Source: Salpingoeca rosetta (lineage: Eukaryota; Protista; Choanoflagellata). From it: DNA of 64,000 nt. The position numbers and the translations under genes were made by a program. This document shows positions 57,578 through 64,000 of the stretch, in pieces. A model generated the notes under the pieces. The model saw only the letters and a list, made by a program, of their open reading frames with translations. It searched no databases and was not told where the DNA came from. Numbering within the stretch: position 1 is the first letter of the stretch; each line of letters begins with the position of its first letter. The stretch lies in assembly GCA_033442325.1 (NCBI GenBank), contig JAWQFM010000013.1, forward strand, positions 1 to 64,000, in the 5' to 3' direction.

Positions 57578-58461
57578 GCGCACTCGCTCCCTCGTCTGGG
57601 CCGTGCCATGTGACTTTTTGTCTGCCTGCTTTGCTGGTGCACACCGCGGCATGCCTTTGTCGTGGCGTGCACCTGTCTTGTGACGGACAAGCTCACGCCT
57701 GTCACGTGTCCCACGCTCCCTCTTTCTTGCTTGTTCCCCTTTGTCCCCCCCCCCCTGCGTTGTTGCTCGCTTGCTTACTGACTGACTGAGGTGCCTGTCT
57801 GTTGATTTCGTTTCATGCCCAACTCGCCCGCCATTGTCGTTCCCCTCTGTCCTGTGTCATGCATGGCCTTGTCGTGCCATCCCCACCCCTGCCTGCCTCC
57901 CACTGTCCCTGCCGTTTGTTCCCCTGAATTGCTTGTTTAAACGATGGCCCGTACACCGTTCAAAGGAGATGATGGCATGGGACGGGAGAATGGATTAAGA
58001 TGGGGCTGTGAGGAAGGAGAGGGAGGGTGCAGTTGAGAGAAGCGTGAAGGCAGATACAAGCGTCTCAAGCACACAAAGAATACGAATGTTTGTGCATGAT
58101 TTCTTCTAATTTTCTACAAACAACCACATCCAGGTCAGCGCGGTGCTTGCGTGTTGTGTTGTGGTGTGTTGTGTTTGGCGCCCGACTGTTTCGTTTCACC
58201 GGCGCCAGGGGACGGGCAGCACACTGCATGATGCCGTGCTTTGAGAGTGGGGTTGCACGTTTTGTGGAGCTTGTTGCTCGTTGACTTTCTCACACGTTGC
58301 TACACTGATGTGTTCTTTTGTTTGGTTTGTGTTGTTTGGACGTGCTGCTGCTGTTGTTGTTGTTGTTGCTGTTGTTGCTGTTGTTGTTGCTGTTGTTTGC
58401 GTCAGTGGTCTGGTTTTTTGCTGCGCTGGATCCAATCACAGCAACACCAGCTCGTCGTGAA

Positions 58462-59791
58462 ATGACTGGCCGTGCTCCACCTGGACGGCCTCCGCCACCG
58501 GCAGCCTCGTGCGTGTATATCTATGTGTGTGTCTGTGTGTGTGCGTGTGTGTGCCTGTGTGTGTGTGTGCATATGTGTGTGTACGTGTCTCTGTGTGTGC
58601 GTGTGCGTGCGTACGTCTCTGTCTGTCTGTCTGTCTGTGTGCGTGTGTGCGTGTGTGCGTGTGTGCGTGTGTGCGTGCGTGCGTGTCTGTTTGCCTCCAA
58701 CTCTGCTTGTCAACTCGTTTCCACTGCTTCCTCTTCTCGCCGTGCCCTCATGTTCCATTTGATGTTGTGCTGTTCGGCTTTTCCTTTGGGTTTGCACCAA
58801 TTGCTACAGCCACGGCCAACGACCAGGTGCGTCCGTACACACTTGCATTTGCCGTGCTATCATGCCGTGTAATTTGCTTATCCTTGCTTGCTCGTCTCAC
58901 TCCCACGCATGTGTTGTTGTCTCGACCATGTTCTGCAGAACGCCCGCCACCTGTGATCCCCGCCTCACGCGCACCTCTCAGCCAGGTGTGTGTGTGTGTG
59001 TGTGTCTGTGTGTGTGTCTGTGTGTGTGTCTGTGTGTGTGTGTGTGTGTGCGTGTGTATGTGTGTCTGTGTGTGTGTGTGTGTCTGTGTCTGTGTCTGTG
59101 TGTGTGTGTATGTATGTGTGTGTGTGTATGTGTGTCTGTGTGTGCCTGTGTGACTGTGTCTGTGTGTGCCTGTATGCGTCTCTATATATCCGCATGGCTG
59201 CGTTCTGTTCGTAAATGTGCCTGCCACACACGTTGGCTCTGCCACCGTGCCATCGATGTGATCTTCACACCCGCCCGCCACTGTCCCTCCGTCGTATCAG
59301 CCACCGAGCGAGGCGCCGCCCCAGCGCCCGCGTGCCCAACAGGCGGCATCATCCCGCGCCCGCGTGGCGGCCCGTGCAGCAGCAGCACAGCGCGGCCTCA
59401 GGTGCGGACTCTTCGTGTCCTGCGTTCCCAAACACTGCGCTGATGCAGTACATGCGCACAGTAGCCCGGCATCCTCTGCCCCCTCACATAACACCATCAC
59501 ATCACATCACATCACACAATCACATCACATAACCACATCACATTACCTGGCCACCCCAGACCCCAGCGCAGTGCTCCCGCAGCGCCGCCATCAACGGCAG
59601 CACCAGTGCGAGCAGCACCAACAGCGCCGCCGCCAGCCCGACTCCCACCCCGACGCGTCGTGGAAGGTGCGCGGTGCGCAGCTGTTGAAGCCTGGGGTGG
59701 GGTGTGGATTCAAGACAGAGCGGTGGCAGCGGTGATGGTGCACTCACATAACACTGCTGTCGCCCACGTGCTGCCGCCCCTCACACACACG

Positions 59792-59827
<36 letters not shown>

Positions 59828-62800
59828 ACACACACACACACGCACACACACACACACGCACACACGCACACACCCTTGCAGGCCCACCGCCAGCTGATGC
59901 ACCGCCACCGCGCCCGCCATCGCACGGGTCACGGCCCCGCCCCGCACGCCAGGCATCGCTCGACTCGGTATGCAGTCGGTGTCACCATGCACCCTGCACT
60001 GCCGTGCTGCGCTTGCCAGCAGATGTTGGCGCCCTGTTTCCTGTGAGGGCTCATTTGTCGCCACTTAAATTATACCGCTGCTCACTGCTGCTCTCATCAA
60101 CATGTGTGTGTGTGTGTGTTTAGACACCACCAGCGCGGCCGCCGCCTGCAAAGACAGCGTCGCCTTCCCACCACGCGCCCATTCGACCTGCCCCGGCCCC
60201 CGTCCGGGTGAGACGGCTGATGTTGCACATACGTGGCCAATCCACAATGTGTTCTCCTCGTTGTTCGACAACGCACGCAAGCATGCATCCAATTCACCCA
60301 CCCACTTACCCACCCAATCACCCAATCACTCACTCGCTCACACGCTGACACACAATCGCCCCCACGCGCATGACACAACCCCTGCCTGCAGACTGCACCT
60401 GCTCGTCCACCACCCGTCACAACATCCCCCGCCACCGCCACCGTTCCCACCACGACCGCCAGTGCCACGACTGCCGTGACATCAACGCCGCCACCGAAAC
60501 CATCACCACCGCGTCCAGCTCAGCCAACACCAACAGCAGCACCACCACCAGCACCACCAGCAGCCAAAACAGCAACGACAGCGGTATCATCACCATCACC
60601 GCCGCGGCCGTCGCGCCCTCCGCCCCCACGCAGTGCAACCGTCTCGTCAACGGCAGGGCGCGCACCGGGGACACACCCGGCCGTGCGACGCGGTACAACA
60701 GGCGGCGGCAGTAGTGCTGTGAAGGTACAGGAGGCAGCGCGCACGGCTGCCGCCGAAGCGACAACGACGACGACGACGACGACGACGACCGTCAGCATCA
60801 TGGCTGCTGCCGCTGAGGTGACGACAAGGCAGTCGACGCAAGATGGTTCCGCCACTACGGCTGTCACGGCCAGCACAGCAGCTGCTGCCATCAGTGCGAC
60901 CACGAGCACAGCCACCACTGCAGGCATCACCACCACCAGCGCTTCTACCACTGCAAGTGCAAGTGCTGCCGTTGCCGTTAACACAACGAATACGGACACA
61001 GACACAGGCACAAGCACGCCGTCCCCCAGCGCGCTCCCTGCGCCGCGTATTTCAAACGCGAGCAGCAGCGGTGTGAGCAGCTGGCGTGACAGCGCCCGCA
61101 CGACGTCCTCTGCGGGTGCTGAGTCAGCACGAGAGTCAGCAGTGCCGGACGCCAGGTCCGAGGCAGCGGTGGTGCCGGGGCACGGCAGCACCACGCCAAC
61201 CACGGCGGCAGCATCGAGCCGGGAGGAGGAGGAAGCAGACAAGATCGCAGACACCACCACCACCACCACCACGCCAACGGAGGCAGCAACAACTGCAGCT
61301 GGTGATGACGATGATGGCAGGAGCGAACCTCGTGATGTCGAGGCAGGGCAGCCGAGGACCGCAAGTGCTGGGCAGGGGCGGGACGAGAGTGCTGATGTGG
61401 CGACGACGGTCGGCGATGGTGCAGCAGTAAAGGCGAAGGAGGACAAAGAAGAAGAAGAAAAGGCGACGACTAAGGCTGAGGAGGAAGATGAGAAGTGCGC
61501 GGCTGATGATGGCCAGGCTGCCGCCACGACTGCCACAGCAGATGCCACAACACAGGCAGACACCACTGCGACAGGAACAGCGCCAGTACCGGCACCATCG
61601 GAAGCGAAAACAACACCAGCCGTGACGGCTGGCGTGGCGGTGGCGAGCGTGACGGTGACATCCACATCAACTGACGCTGAGGAAGTGCACGAGGATAAAG
61701 AGGGGCCGGAACAGCCACCAGAACCGCTGCAAGAGGAGAAGGGGAAGAAGAATGCTGCGTCAGCTTCGGTGATTTTGGGCAGCGGGGAGGACGCTGGTGA
61801 GACGACGACAGATGGAGATGACGCGACGATGCACCCAGTACCCGAACCAGCACCAGCAGAGGTAGAGGCACGCGATGAAGGTGGTGTGGTGGAAGAACAG
61901 AGTGATGTGGGTGGCGTTGCTCGGGGTGGCACAGACACAACGGAGCAAGCCGAAGTTGCGACGACCCCAGCTGGTGCTGCTGCTGGTGATGAAGAGAGGA
62001 CGAGTGCCATGAAGTCGGACGGCGGTAGCGGTGCGATGACATTGGAGGACACGGCAGGACCGCGGGAATCGAGCACAGACGAGGCGGTGAAGTGCACGGT
62101 GATGGAGGAGGAGGTGGAGGAGGAGGAGAAGGCAACACCGCAGGATAGCGTGAGCGAGAAGAACGATGAGGGAGAACAGAACGAAGATCAGGAACCGGGG
62201 CAGGAAGCAGAAACCGCACGGGAGGAATTGAGGATCGAGGAAGGTGGCACGGCGGAGGAACACGGGGAAGAAGCAGAGGAGGCAACCACAGAGGCGAAGG
62301 AAGAGCAGGCGAAGACAGGGAAGGGTGTGGCGTCGCCTGAAGAACAGGAAGCAGCGAAGGCGAGCGAAGCGACGGAGGATAAACCCGAGGAAGGAAAGGC
62401 GGGAGTGGTGGAACACGAGCAAGAGCCATCGCCAGGCACAGCAGCAGGCGTAAGCAAGGAAGAGGTGAAGGAACAGCAGGAGGAGGTGAAGGAACACGTT
62501 GCGGACCAGACACCGACAGCAGATGCGCCGGTCGTGGCTGCATTGGAGACTGGTGCCGCTGAAGGGAAACAGGGGAGCGCCGAGCAACATGGGAGAGACG
62601 AGCGCGGCGGTGCACAGGCGGTGCAGGAAAAGTCAACACTGGACGACGGCGAGGTCGCAGTGTCGGAGAAGGAAGAAGACAAGGGGCAGGCAGCGCGAGG
62701 AGAAGAGGAAGGAGAAGGGAGGCAGGTGGAGAAGGACGGTAAGGAACAAACAGAAGCGCCTGATGCCGCCCCAACAGACGTGCAGGCAGAGGCAGCAGAG

Positions 62801-62973
62801 GCAAAGGCAGAGCAAGATCAAGACGCATCAGCGCCAGCACCACCACCACCTCCTCCTCCGCCTCCGCCACCACCGCCTCCGCCATCTGCGGATTTGGGTG
62901 CGGCGGCGCCCAAGCAGCCAGCAGCGCCGGCCTTTCCGGGCGATTTCCTCGCAGCAATCAGGGTGCGCAGTGT

Positions 62974-63012
<39 letters not shown>

Positions 63013-63030
63013 TGTGTCTGTGTCTGTGTC

Positions 63031-63065
<35 letters not shown>

Positions 63066-63276
63066 GTGCGTGCGTGTGTGTGTGTGTGTGTGTGTGTGTC
63101 AGTGTGTCGGTGCGTGTCCACGAATGTGTTTCATATCACGATCGGTGTTCTGTTTTCATTGACACATTCTGCCATTCCACGTTATGGCAATCAATGCAGG
63201 GTGGTGTTGCGCTCAAAGCCGTGGACACATCCCAGGACAACGCAGCACAGCCCGCACAAAGTACGCAATGCCCACA

Positions 63277-63333
<57 letters not shown>

Positions 63334-64000
63334 CGTGATTTGAGCTCACAGAATGGTCTTGTCCTGATTTGAACGGCACATTGCAGGCCAGCCACTTGAC
63401 CTCGCGTCTGTCATCAAGAGCGCCTTCAAGCGGGTATGAACGCACGAACACATGAACGCTAGTGGATGTGAATATGTGTATTGGTGTCGGGCCTTTCATT
63501 GGTTTGTATCATACTAATTGTGTCCTTGTCTGATAAGCTGACACGGCTGCAACGCTCACACGCACATGCACACGTGCATACGCTCGCACACCGCCTGTGC
63601 CTCGTTTCTCCAACAGGGGTCGCCCTCTCTTCGCAAGACGAGCATGTCTGCTGACAACGATCGCAGAAACACATATGCAAGACGCAGGATAGAGGTTCGT
63701 TCAATGTGTGTGTGTTTGTTTGTTTGTTTGTTTGTTTGTTTGTTTGTTTGTTTGTTTGTTTGTTTGTTTGTTTGTTTGTTTGTTTGTTTGTTTGTTTGTT
63801 TGTTTGTTTGTGGTGACACATGACGGCTCACTGCATTCGCGTTGTTCTGCGTGCGTGTGTGCACAGGAGGAGAAACGGGAGCGGGAGCGGGCGCTGGAGG
63901 AGGAACGACGGCGACAGGAGCGATACGAGGCCATGGAGAAGGAACGCATCAGGCGACAGGAGGAGGAGAGGTGTGTGTGTCTGTGTCTGTGTCTGTGTGT
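58462..64000 (+). CDS. Proline-rich, low-complexity acidic protein with a WH2 motif; 3' partial
   Basis: Series of small Pro/Arg-rich exons from [16 protein letters not shown]; a large Thr/Ala/Glu-rich exon (~60392-62962) ending in poly-Pro and GDFLAAIR, which splices to GGVALKAV (~63199) to give a WH2-like [13 protein letters not shown]; E/R coiled-coil exon at ~63868-63970. Confidence 0.7.

Overview
Eukaryotic, intron-rich, (CA/GT)n-saturated DNA. Gene content and intron style suggest a choanoflagellate resembling Salpingoeca (inference, not verified). Most ORFs in the supplied track are microsatellite or antisense artefacts, so genes were rebuilt by hand from GT-AG exons. From left to right: the N-terminal half of an XPC/Rad4 gene joined across a (GT)n tract to the C-terminal half of histidyl-tRNA synthetase; an N gap; about 13 kb with no recognisable coding sequence, containing an 80-nt hairpin, a 63-bp minisatellite and a solitary 5S rRNA gene; a roughly 9 kb block of three frameshifted pseudogenes (exostosin/GT47, WSC plus GH3 beta-xylosidase, Cys-rich TNFR-like repeat protein); an LRR-ankyrin-SAM gene built from 84-bp exons, with a foreign ~490-bp insert in one intron; a TIR-like/SH2/Tyr-motif/TM/L-domain-repeat membrane protein; glucosidase II alpha (minus strand); an amnionless-like receptor; ILRUN/C6orf106; an intronless beta-tubulin; and a proline-rich WH2 protein running off the end. 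The strongest candidate for an undescribed system is 28.9-40.0 kb: a predicted type II ('inverted Toll-like') receptor with TIR and SH2 inside and about 45 LRR/L-domain repeats outside, possibly spliced to the upstream LRR-ANK-SAM exons as one protein.
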